Shown: positions 1-11,827 of the stretch, in pieces | Layout: the number at the start of each line of letters is the position of its first letter | How positions within the stretch are numbered: position 1 is the first letter of the stretch | Program-made: the position numbers and the translations under genes | The notes under the pieces: generated by a model | What the model saw: the letters and a program-made list of their open reading frames with translations, nothing else | Database searches by the model: none | What the model was told of the DNA's origin: nothing | Assembly: GCA_016748015.1 (NCBI GenBank) | Contig: JAAOMT010000607.1 | Coordinates: forward strand, 496,001-560,000 | Length of the DNA: 64,000 nucleotides | Reading direction: 5' to 3' | From: Geosiphon pyriformis uo1 | Lineage: Eukaryota; Fungi; Glomeromycota

Positions 1-23
1 ATCAAAATACCAAGTAAAACTAC

Positions 24-701
24 TGTTATGGTTGAAACCCATAGTTTTTATTAGTTATCACATGTATTAGCCACTAATGTCATATAATTAGCCACCCTAT
101 TTTTAGATAGTGATCATTGACCTGATCAATGACCTGACCGTTGACCTGATCATTGACCTGATCATTGACCTGGTCGTTAACCACTTTAGATAGCTATATA
201 AGCGATGATTCCCTTAGCTGTAAAAAGACATGATCAAAATAATGAAATAAACAATATCAATTACTTCCTCTTATAATTGCTTATTCCCCTTTCCTTACCT
301 TCAAGTATCTACTTGTTGGCATTCACATACCTTATTTTTTCCTTTTCTTGATTTGTATTTGTTAGAATTAGCCTGAGAAGCAATTGGCTTACTCTTGTAA
401 TTCATTGAATAAAAAAATGATTGAAAAGTACAATGATATCTGTTATTGATTCTAAGAATCACCGAGTTGAGGCATAGAATAATAGCAGCAGTGTTATCTT
501 GTTGACAATTACAGACTATTCCTCTATCTTCAGATTTAAGAAAAGATTAGTGACTGTGATTTTTATGAGACTGATCACGCAAATTGAATTCCTACTTATT
601 CAATTCACTCCCTTATTGTAATTTCCTCTTTGTTTATTTCCATCACCATACAATACTGTTCTCCCTTGCTATCCATTAGCTTGTTACTCCAACCCATAAC
701 A
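24..701 (+). mobile_element. Solo LTR of a different LTR family
   Basis: Ends TGTTATGGTTG...CAACCCATAACA (inverted termini). 4-bp TSD CTAC (20-23, 702-705). TATATAA near 195, preceded by a 12-bp tandem array. Lacks the conserved core of the other LTRs. Confidence 0.9.
111..182 (+). repeat. 12-bp tandem array (TGATCATTGACC)n in U3 of the solo LTR
   Basis: About six degenerate units directly upstream of the TATA box. Confidence 0.85.
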
Positions 702-905
702 CTACTATTAAATACTTGAACACTAAAGTTAAGAACCAATTACTAAACACTATTTCAGATTTTTCACAATTGTGTAAATATGTGAATATTACATCAAAAA
801 TCATATACAGACAAAAAAAATGTTATTTGCTCTAATCAGAACAATTGGACCAAATGAATTTGGAAAACTTAGATCCACTTCAATATATACAGCTCAAAAT
901 GCTAT

Positions 906-1858
906 TGTTACTTGAAGAAAGAAAGCTTATTAAAGAAAGAAAAAAAAATGTAATGAAATATAAAAAAACACAGAATAATATACAATAACATTGGATAATG
1001 TATTATAATATAGAATAATGTGTTATAATACAAGATAACACAAAATAATACGTTATAACATAAAATAATGTGTTATAACACAGAATAACACAAAATAATA
1101 TGTAATAATGTCAGATAACATATTATAACATAGGATAATTAGTTATAATGTAAGAAAATGAAGCAATAGCTAGTAAGAACAGACAATCCAAAGCAATTCT
1201 GTAAAACTAGAAAATATGTATATATAGCAGTAGCATTAGAAGCAAAAAAGACAGAATCTCTGAACAGAAATTCATTAGTTACTGTTTTCTAGTTAAAAAC
1301 CATATTATTCTAAATATCAATAAATATACTTATTTAGCATCTCAAATCCAATTACTTATTATCAACTCTCAATGTTGATAGTAATTGATACTTGATCATA
1401 CTGAAACAATAGCTCTTAATCACAGCTATTGACAGGATACTAACTTGCAATTGCCTTGGCTTATTTTTTTTATTTTTTTTTATTTTTTTTATTTTTTTTT
1501 ATTTATTTTATTGTGTTTACTAATTAATTAAGAATTAAGTGCTGAGTTATTGATGTTAAGGATTGCCTGGTAAAAGGCCTCTACAAGTGGGTAGAACATA
1601 TAAGAATCATGAATTGCTTACCAGAGGATTGCTGGCCACCAAGTTAAGAAAAAAATTGACAGAATTGTGATTCTAGGAAGCTACTAATAAAATAACATGG
1701 AAATCTCTGTCCATTATACAAAGAACTTAATTAAAACTTTCAGAATATAAAAACCTTTAGATTGGAACATCTTCAGATATTATTAATCAGTTCAGCTATT
1801 GAGTACCAAGTTATGGATTTGTTATTTAACTTGAGATCCCAAATAATTATCTGTAATA
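906..1858 (+). repeat. B 5' LTR
   Basis: TGTTAC...TGTAATA. Colinear with 31280-32249. TATATATA at 1219-1226. Confidence 0.95.
974..1150 (+). promoter_or_regulatory. B U3 array, 10-bp period ATAAYRYRNN (inferred ancestral palindrome ATAACGCGTTAT)
   Basis: ataatgtgtt ataatacaag ataacacaaa ataatacgtt... Also present at ~31364-31541. Lies upstream of the TATA box; enhancer function is inferred. Confidence 0.7.
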
Positions 1859-1860
1859 TT

Positions 1861-1877
1861 TGGTGCTCCCTGTGAAA
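1861..1877 (+). promoter_or_regulatory. B primer binding site
   Basis: TGGTGCTCCCTGTGA, 2 nt after the LTR; complementary to a tRNA 3' CCA end. Confidence 0.9.
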
Positions 1878-1921
1878 TATAATTTTACAGAAAACCAATA
1901 CCAACAAACAACCATCCAAAA

Positions 1922-4900
1922 GTGACAGAATCAGAAAAAATAGGGACAAACTATTTAGGATTCACCAAATCTTTATTTCAGCATTATTGTCAAAACTTAA
2001 AATTAACTCACAATTACTTATTAGCAGAATCCACTTTTAACTTCTACATCAATAAAAAAATCTCATATTTGTTAAGAATACCAGTAGAAATTAACTTAGC
2101 AAGAAAAAATTTTTACAACAAATTAATTTAAAATACCAGCCTATCAGCAATTCTTACTGAAATCAATAAAAAATTGAACATCACACTCAACAAAAATATT
2201 CTATTACTTATACAACAAAAGATAAAGAAAAACTACAGACATCAGCAGTAATACTCCAGAAAATACAACCACTTATTTGGAAGAAAACAAGAATCAAATC
2301 AACTTATCTATCATATCACTATATACTTGGAAGTACCATTAATATTTCATCAGCAGGCACATCCATATCAAACATGAAAACACCATTAGTACAGATATCA
2401 TTTCAAAGTAAACAATCAAAAGCTGACTTATTAGGAACTTATGGCAAATATTTTGAAGGATTTAAATTACAATTTCCAATGCCATCAGAATTTTGATTAT
2501 TGTCACCTCCACCAAATTTCAGAATTATAAGTTTTTAAGAAGTAATGGAATTGAAAAAAGATGATGATAATCAGAAATTTAATTATCAAAACCCGATTGC
2601 AGAAAACCTGGAAATTAAAACCCCAAATATTCAAACTCTAGAAAATCAAAACAATCCAAACCCCAACATTATTAATCAGCAACACTTACCTCCAGTAATT
2701 GTGATCAATTAGCCACCAATTGAACCAATTCAATAGCTGCAAGTACCATTTCAACAACAACTGCAACAACCACTTTAACAACTGCCATAACAAATGACAT
2801 ATGCACCAATTGTTAAGATTGAAAAATTTACTGGCCAAAAAATGATGCATAAGTATGACTGAACAATGTGAAAAAAGCCATTGCAGTCAATGGATGGAAT
2901 GATGCTAGAGCACTTCAAGCCATTTTATACTTCCTCCAGAATACCACTAACTTATAGTATCAAAGCTTGGCCAACAAATCTCAAGATTTCAATGCATTTA
3001 AAGTTGAATTTTTGAGATATTTTAGCAACAATAATAGTATTAATTAATTGGCCAATACTTTCACTACTATTAAACAAAGAGAAACTAAAACAATTACTAC
3101 TTATCTAGGATACTTTCACAGGAACTTGTACTAAATCTACACCACCAATGCTGATTATTTTACCATAGCCCAAATCTTGAATCAATTTATTTGTGGATTA
3201 TACAGCAGCATTCTGCAATGAGTATATTCATTACATTTAGCCACCCTTCAAGCAGCAGTTACTCAAGCTAGAGATTTTGAAGCAGCTGAATTTGGAGCCA
3301 ACCATGCCCAAGCTGTAAATCTAGTGATGAATGAATTATCTGAATTGAATTCCAAATTAAAACAATTCAGTGATTCAATTAATCAGAAACTAGAAGGATA
3401 CTTAACTGACAATTGAGCAATTTATTAGCCTCTACAATAACACAATAATTCAAGAAACATGAATCATTTCCAAAATTAGTCATGTCTTTTATCATTATCA
3501 TTCAATTAGCTGTGGCAGCAAAAGATATGTGTTTATTACAATTGTAGTAAACAAAGTTATTTTAGAGCTAACTATAGGGCATATTACAATCAACCACAAT
3601 CGGAAAATCAATATTGAAACTCCAATCACAGATTTCAAACTCTGAATCACTACCCAAATCAAGATCACTATCAACCACATTACACTCAAGTAGCACAACA
3701 ACCACTCTACTAAACTCCAGCACCAGTTATCTACCAACCACAGTCACAAATGATATATTAATCTCAACAAATTCAAATTTTGCCACAAAATCCAATTCAG
3801 ATGTCACCCAAAAACCAAAGACTGAGAATTGTTCAGCAAAACTGAAGATCAGCAATGGTTGTTCATTAACTGATTTCCAACACATCTCAATAACTCACAA
3901 AATCACATTCAAGAAATTTTGGAACTAAGTATACCCAAAACCTGAGTTCCCAAAACTATTTAAGTTTCTTGGTTACTCCAAAAGATGCCTCACTCAACAA
4001 CTTAGAAACCAACTAAAAACCACTTATCAACAACATTCTACTAGCAACCATTACTAATAACAACTTGTTAGCAGCTATTTTTCCCTTTGAACTTAAGAAA
4101 CAGTTGGAAATGTCTCTCTTTAGTAATACTGCTTTTGAAAAAAACCCATAATTGTAATGTACACCAATGCTAAAATTGATGGCCACCCCATTAAGCTAAT
4201 CTTAGACAGTGGGTTAACAGGCAGTATCATCACCTAACAACTCATAAACCAACTAGGTTGTCGAGTTGATTATGCTGTCAGCACCAGAATTATTACCACT
4301 AATGAAGTGACAAAAACTCCAATCAGCAAAATCAATGACTTTCTATTTGAAGTCAACAGCATTATCATATCCATCAAGGTATTAGTCATAGAAACCACTC
4401 AGTACCAAGCTTTTATTGGTAATGATTGGCTGTCCAAAACTGACACTATTCTCAACTGGAACATACAAGAACTCTAGTTGAATTTTAATAGACAACATAC
4501 TCATATACTTGCCATCTGTGGTCATTTTAAAGTCTCTCAAAGAAAGCAACCATTGATTGAACTAGAAAAAGAAGAAAATAAACCTATCTGGAAAGCCTAC
4601 CAGATTTCTTGGGCTGATAATGACCACAACAAGCTACTGTCAATTCTAACTTGGGACAAAAAAAAAGACAAAAAAGAGAACAAATCCAAAGAAACTATGG
4701 CCACAGAGGAAATAACTAGTGGCTGGAAAAGAACATACTTACATAAAACCATAAAAAAGCCACTGTATATACCACTTAAATACATGGACTGTAAGAAAAA
4801 GTTGTCCTCTATGGGAGCATGAATTGCATCTAATGAAGACTATTAAATATACACCCACTACTACTATAAACCATATCACAGAAAACACTATAAATACTCC

Positions 4901-7900
4901 AAATAACAAGACAAGTGGGACAACAAATCATGTCTTGCTTATAGGGAACAGTTACTCAATGAAGGAATGTGAAATGACATTCTTAGTCAAAGAGAAACGT
5001 GCAATGTCTTATACTAGTACACAATCTTTATAAGCGACTGGGTCAGTCATGGCACACCTATTACTGCCATATAGCATTAAGTAATCTCTTGCTTGGATGG
5101 CTATCCACATGACAAAGATAAAATCTGGTGAATAATCAATGCCAAAGTAAAAGATGCTTCACTCAGTGAGATCTTAAAGATAAAGAACAATTCCCCAGAG
5201 CCAGTCAACATTGTCCTCATCTCCAATTTAGATGTATTTTTAGAGATTAAGACAAGCTCAGAGGAATTCTATAAGCATTACCAGAATTTGGCACCAACAA
5301 AAAAAGAGCAAGAACAGCACTTAGAAGAAATAAACACTTGACTATATGACTACTGTTTAATTTCATGTAACTTTCAATATTGTAATGAGTGTGATCTTAT
5401 CTACAATCCACTACCATACATGATTTACATGATTTCAGAAGAAGATAAACCAATTAGCAGTTGCGTATTGGAATTAAAATTACAGTTTAATCTTGATTTA
5501 AACTCTGACAATAATGACAACAAAAATAATGGTTTCAGTACTATTCAAAATAGCAATGAAAATAGTAACAATTCAGACTCCAGAACAATATATTGCACTT
5601 TTTGATCTTACCAAGAAACAGAAACTTAAATAGTTCAACAATAACAATGAAGATATTATGCCAGAACGTGCACATAATATTAATGCAGAGTTTGATCCAA
5701 AGTATCTTGGAAAAGAAGCCATAAAATTGGAATCATATTCATGCACATGTATTAATCTGAAAATAGTACTGAAAATCCCTGTAACAACAATAGTTCAGCT
5801 AGTATCTAAAAGTAGTTTGGTGAAAAAAGGAATTAATATAAGAGAAAAAATAATTGATACAGAATACATAGAAAATATTATTGCTATGCTACAAAATGAT
5901 TTAAAAAAGGCCTATACTATAGAACCAAACAAAAAAATAGTACAAGCAATATTTCTGTCTCTGGTTAAAATAGCTCAGCTAATGTCAATGGGAAACAAAA
6001 AAGAATTAGAGATAACAGCAAGAGGAATAAGTGAATTTGGATTCATGAAAAGAGTAGATATACTAGTCAATATGGCAAAAAAAGAGATTGTTAACAAAAG
6101 AGAAATTATCTCCACCCATCAACCAATTTCCATTCTACCATATAACCAGTACATAGTAGCTATAGAAAAGAAAGTAAAAGATTAGACTCAAATATTTGAA
6201 GCAGAAACCACAATCTGTGAATCAAGAGAGATTGGACTTACCAATCTTTACATATTAGCTAAAAGCCCTAAAAATATCAAAATCCCAATATACAATACTA
6301 CTGGAGATGTTATTGAAATTCTGAAAGGAACCATTATCAAATATTTGACCACTAAAGTTGAAGATTAACCAAACCATATTTCAAACTTTCCACAGCTGTG
6401 TGATTATGTAGATATCACATTACAAATCATCTATGGATAAAACAAATATTATCTACTCCAACCAAAACAATTAAAACAGATAAACTTGGGAAATCTAAAC
6501 TCATTTTAATGTATGCAGATCAAGATGCTACTCAACAACTTTAATAATATCTTTGCCAGTGAAAATAAATTTGGCTGTACTAATATCATTCAGCATCAGA
6601 TTAAGACTGATGATATAATGCCAATAAAACAATAAACATACAAAGTACTACCAGCTAACCATGAAATCATCTGACAGAAAATCAATTGGATGCTAAACAA
6701 TAAATTAATTCAACCATTCATGAGTTTATGGTCATTACCAATGGTACTAGTTCATAAGAAAAACAGAAAAATCTGCTTTTGTGTAGATTATAAAAAACTC
6801 AATAGAGTTATTTATAAAGACAGTTATTTGACTCCATAGATCCAAAAATTATTTGATGCTTTCAGTGAAAAGAAATGATTTTCAACATTGGATTTAAATA
6901 GTGATTACTGGCAAGTAGCCATGAATTCAGCCAACAAAAAAAAGACTGTGTTCACAATAAGAGAGAGAAATTTTGAATTCAAAGTAATGCCATTTGGCTT
7001 AATGAATGCTCCAGCCATATTTCAATGACTAATAAAAATTGTTTACACTGAATTACTATGAAAATTAGTAGTTGTGTACTTAGATGACATTAATGTGTTC
7101 TCCAAGACATTTGATAATCATTTACACATCTCCAACAAGTGTTTGAAAGATTAAGAAGAGCCAGACTGAAGTTAAATGGCAACAAGTGCTTTTTTGGCAA
7201 AACAGAATTAAAATTTTTGAGACATGTTATAAACAAAGATGACATTAAAATGGATCCAAATAAGATTGAAATAGTCAAAAACTTTCCAGTACCAATTAAT
7301 TTAACCAAACTACGAGCATTCTTGGAATTTGCTAAATACTATTGTCACTTTATCAAAGACTTTTCTAAACTGGCTCAATTATTACATCAGCTCTAAGCAA
7401 AAAATATCAAGTATAAATGAACAGAAAATCAGCAAGAAGCTTTTAACATATTAAAAAAAAAGCTTATTCAAGCTTCAATACTGATTTATTAAGATCACAG
7501 CAAGCCATTCATTATTACCACCAATGCATCAAGTCAAGCATTGTGAGCAGTACTATTACAGAAAGGACCAAATAGAAGAAAACATCCAGTAACATACATC
7601 AGTCAAAGTTTGAGTCCAGTAGAAAAGAACTATGAAACACCAGCACTAAAATACTTAGCTATTTATTGGGCAGTCATAAAATAGAAAAAATACTTAAGCC
7701 AGAAATTTGACATATACACTGATCATAAAGGATTGACTTCAATTTAGAAGCAAAAATTTGGAGATGATTGCCATGCCAGATGGAAAATAGAACTATCACC
7801 ATTTAAATATATAGTACATTATAAAAAGAGAAAAGACAATGAAAATGCTGATGACTTGTTGCAAATGAGACAAATCTGAACATTTCAAACCCAAAAATAC

Positions 7901-9275
7901 AACAAAAGATGAACAAACAAAAATACCAACAACTCTAACATTATATAAATATCCAATTGTTTAAGAAGAAATTATTTCAAAAAGAACAAAACAACATAAA
8001 ACAACAATCAAAATATTTTATTATTCACCAAAATATACTATATTAGAATAACAGAAAAGATCCAGAGCAATCATTCAAAGTAATCACAGAACCAAAGAAG
8101 AAAACAATACTATTCAACATGTACTTAAATCCAACAGCAGGACATTTCTATAAAGAAACAACTATGGAAAGAACCAGAAATAAATACTATTGGCCATTCA
8201 TGTATTCAGATATCATTTAATACATTTAAAATTGTGATGCTTGTTAGAGAAGAGAAAAAACAAGACTCAGTAAGCCATTAAGACCAATCAAAGTAAGACA
8301 ACCATTTGATTGTATTGAAATTGACTTAGTTAGATCATTAACAATAATTAGCAAAAGAAACAGATATATTGCAGTAGCCATGAATTATCTCACTAAATGG
8401 CCAGAAGCAAAAGCAATTTAAAGAGCAAATGCAAAATTCATTGCTGAATTCATCCATCAAAATCTGATTTGTTAATACAAATATTCAAAAAAATTATTAT
8501 CTGACCAAAGAACTCACTTTGTGAATAGAACATTAACAGAACTGAGTCAAAAATTTGGAATAAAAAGACCATTATCATTATTATATTACCCATAAACCAA
8601 TAGATTAATCAAAAGATTCAATAGAACATTGTGTGAAGTGATAGCCAAGATCAGCCAAAAAAACCAGGACAAATAAGATTTATTTATACAATCAGTATTA
8701 TTTGCTTATTGGACAATAAAACAAGATACTACACAAGCAATACTATTTAAATTAGTATACAGTAAAATAACAACATTACTAGTTGAGATAGAGGTCAATA
8801 CATATCCAATAAAACCAATAAGAGAAAACAATTTCTAAGAAACATTGCTGAGAAAAACATATAACTTAATAAAAATGCTAGAAAACAAATGGCAAAAAAC
8901 AGCTAACAACATCCAAAAGTCACAAAAAAAACAAAAAAAAGGCACAATAACCAACTACCAAATAAACCAGTCAAATTTAGAATTGGAGACAAAGTACTGT
9001 TATATTATACCAAAGTGAAAAAACAGTAGAATAGAAAGTTTGATCCAAAATGGGATAGACTATTTCACATACATGAAATTTTGGGAAACAGATCTTATAA
9101 GTTACGAGTGGAAAACAGAATTTTGAAAAAAACAGCACATGAAAATCATTTAAAAATTTATCAAACAACACAAGAATCAACATTATTGGTACCACAATTA
9201 GGAGCACAAATTTTATTAATCAGACCAGAAAATATATCACAAGATATGGAACCAATCATAATTATCAAAACATAA
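1922..9275 (+). pseudogene. gag-pol: B gag-pol (Gag-PR-Cys-rich domain-dUTPase-RT-RNase H-IN)
   Basis: LILDSG protease motif ~4195; dUTPase 5658; VYLDD ~7074-7088; RNase H and integrase remnants. Many premature stops. Confidence 0.95.
5658..6057 (+). pseudogene. dut: B dUTPase domain
   Basis: Decayed motifs AEFD, SKSSL, IIDTEYIENI, KIVQAI, RGISEFGF. Confidence 0.85.
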
Positions 9276-9309
9276 CTACAACACATGCTGAAATTTAGAT
9301 ATTATGCAT

Positions 9310-10157
9310 TGTTACAGGTAATTATTTGGAGTTTTGAATCAAATAACAAACCTGTAACTTGGTGCTTAATATTTTGATAATGTTAGTAATATTAGTACAT
9401 TGTTTATATATGAAGGTTTTGAGTTGAGTTCTTTGTATAATAGACAGAAATTCAATGGTTGTCTTCTCAGTAGCTTCTTGGAATCACAATTCTTAACATA
9501 GTGGTTAGTAATTTTAACAGAAATGTTTTTTTGATAAGCTATCCTTAAATTTTCAATTCATATACCCTTCCTTTGGGGTTTTTTATCAGACTATCCTTGA
9601 TGTCAATAATTCAGTGCTTAATCCTTAATCAATTAGTAGACACAACCAAATAAAGAAAAGAAAAAAATAAAAGAAATAAAGAAAGATAAAAAAAATAAGC
9701 CAAGGCATTTGCAAGTTAGTATTTCATCAATAGCTGTAATTAAGAACTATTGTTCCAGTGTGATTAAGTATCAATTGCTATTAACATGAAGTGTTGATAG
9801 TGAAGAGTGGATTAAGATAGTGAATAATTATTTATTGATATTTGTGTATAGAGAAGTTGCTTAGATCAAATCTAAACTAAGAGATCTGTCTTTTCTATTT
9901 CTAATACTACTGCTATATATACATAATTAACATTCCTCAATTTTTCAATTCTTTACACCTGGAATTCTAAAATTTCTAGAATTCTGTAATTTCTTTGAGA
10001 GAAATCCTAGAATTCTGCAATTTCTTATACAAGAATTCTAAAATTTCTGAAATTTTGCAATTTCTTTAAAAGGAATTCTGGAATTCCACATTTACTATGG
10101 CTATTTCTGATTGGTTAATTTATGTGCTAATATACTTTCTATATTCTATAAGTAACA
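9310..10157 (-). repeat. C 3' LTR
   Basis: TGTTACA...AGTAACA, adjacent to the PPT (10158-10172, minus strand AAAAGGAGAGAATAA). Confidence 0.93.
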
Positions 10158-10214
10158 TTATTCTCTCCTTTTAATATTGAGCTCCATCGAGATCTTCTAA
10201 TTCTAATTCTCTGT

Positions 10215-11133
10215 TGTTACAGGTGATTCTTTGGAGTGTCGAATGAATAACCAACTCATAACTTGGTGCTCAAGGTGATTGGTAACAATGATAATCTGAA
10301 GGTATTTTATTTGAAGGTTTTCCAATTGAGTTTTTTGTATAATGGACAGAGATTCAATGATAACAGTTTATTAGTAGTTTCCTAAAACTGTAGTTTCATT
10401 GATTGCTTGCTTAACTTGATGGTTGATGATTCTTCTGGTATGATATTCTCTATAAGTGTATACTAGTGCTGTTTCTTAATGTCAGTTTCTCCATAAGTCC
10501 TCCAAGAGTAAGTATTGTTTAAGCAAGTTTATTCCTCCATAAGTTCTTCAAGAATAAGTATTTTTAAATAAGTTTTATTCCTCCATAAGTCCTCCAAGAG
10601 TAAATCCTTTAATCAAGTTAGTAAACAACAAAAAAAATAAAGAAAAATAAAAAAGAAAATAAGAAATAAGCCAAGGTGATTTACAAGTTAGTATTCTGTC
10701 AATAGCTGTAATCAAGAGCTATTGTTCTAGTATAGTTTAAGTATCAGTTACTATCAACATAAAGTGTTGATAGTGAAGAATAAATTTGATATAGTGAATA
10801 ATTATTTATTTGAGGATTGTGGTAACTAAGCTAAGAATTTTTGGTGTCAATTCTGTCTTTTCTGCTTCTAATACTACTACTATATATACATATTTGAGAT
10901 TCCTCAATTCTTTGCAACAGGAATCCTGGAATTCCTGGAATCCTGCAATTCCTGATAAGAGGAATCCTGGAATTCTGGAATCCTGCAATTCCTTGTCGGA
11001 GAATTCTGAAATTCCTGGAATTCTACAATTCCTCTAAGAGGAATCTTGAAATTCCACATTTACTATGCCTATATCTGATTGGCTAATATCTACTGACTAA
11101 TAATACTATATTTTCTATATTCTATGAGTAACA
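10215..11133 (-). repeat. D 3' LTR
   Basis: Colinear with 19496-20413. GGAATTCC-type U3 array at ~10899-11057. Confidence 0.95.
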
Positions 11134-11148
11134 TTATTCCCTCCTTTT
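11134..11148 (-). promoter_or_regulatory. D polypurine tract
   Basis: AAAAGGAGGGAATAA on the minus strand, immediately before the 3' LTR. Confidence 0.9.
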
Positions 11149-11774
11149 AATATTGAGCTCCATCAAAATCTAATTCCTTTAATTCCCCTTCTTGAATTAT
11201 TTCTTGAACTTCTTTTTCGAGTATTACTTGTGTTATTTTAGTTACAGTTCTTTAAATTGGGCGTTGGTGATTTTTCCCAATTGATTACTGGTAACCATAT
11301 CCATTGCTTTATTGAGCAATATTTCTGGTCAGTCTTGAAATCTCATATATAGCCAGTAAATGGCTTGAGCTTGTGTGGTTAAATTGTTCTTTCCCACAAA
11401 TTGTTCTAGTTGTCTTAGATTGTTGTGTCGAATAACCATTTTGTTTTGTCAGTGTACAAATTCTGGATATTTACGTGTTGTCTCAAGTGGAAAAGACAAT
11501 AGTTTTTCAAAAATTGTTGCATCCACCAAGTCCAAGTTTCTCTGGTAAGTTTTTGGTGTAATCCGACTATTTGTTGTTCTTTTATGACCAATTTTATCTT
11601 GGTCATGATCTTGTCAACAACATTTTCAAGTCTTTTCTGTGCTTTGTTTTGTGGTATCTTTGTTGTATTTTTGTAACAAATAGTTTGTTGATTGATTGTA
11701 ATTTCCATCTTCTGGTGTTAGATTAATTGAAAAATTTGTTGGGCTAGTGAATGGATATTGTCCGTAATTTCCAT
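11147..11774 (-). pseudogene. D ORF3, accessory ORF of unknown function (~210 aa)
   Basis: MEITDNIHSLAQQ...DFDGAQY*. Homologues occupy the same position in all copies. Stop codon abuts the PPT. Confidence 0.8.
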
Positions 11775-11827
11775 TTTTCTGATCTCTTCTGTCACATTGA
11801 CTATGTTCTTATATATTTTTTTGTCAA

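Larger units (their letters stand above)
1..905 (+). pseudogene. pol: A pol fragment: linker between dUTPase and RT (interrupted by solo LTR 24-701)
   Basis: Translates to ...DFSQLCKYVNITSK...EQLDQMNLENLDPLQYIQLKML, homologous to the other copies (cf. 38760-38910). Confidence 0.85.

Noticed and set aside
902-905. Strict CpG-centred integration (TSD centres CA/TG/TA as CG decay products)
   Set aside because: Plausible for D, E and F, but codon context shows the B site (Leu CTR) was not CG. A general YR preference is sufficient.
3614-3928. S/T/N-rich overlapping ORF in gag (also 51130-51375), or a gag-pol frameshift
   Set aside because: It is the alternative frame of the low-complexity YQPP region. 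Gag and protease are in the same frame in F and G.
10806-11037. ORFs across the D LTRs (also 20091-20366)
   Set aside because: Near-cognate starts, open only because the U3 repeat lacks stops, and different lengths in the two LTRs.
10899-11057. GGAATTCC arrays (and other U3 arrays) as CRISPR repeats or heat-shock elements
   Set aside because: There are no unique spacers and the context is a eukaryotic LTR. Only isolated TTCnnGAA dyads occur, not three alternating nGAAn units.
11147-11774. ORF3 as an env gene
   Set aside because: It occupies the env position but is short and hydrophilic, with no signal peptide, furin site or transmembrane segment.
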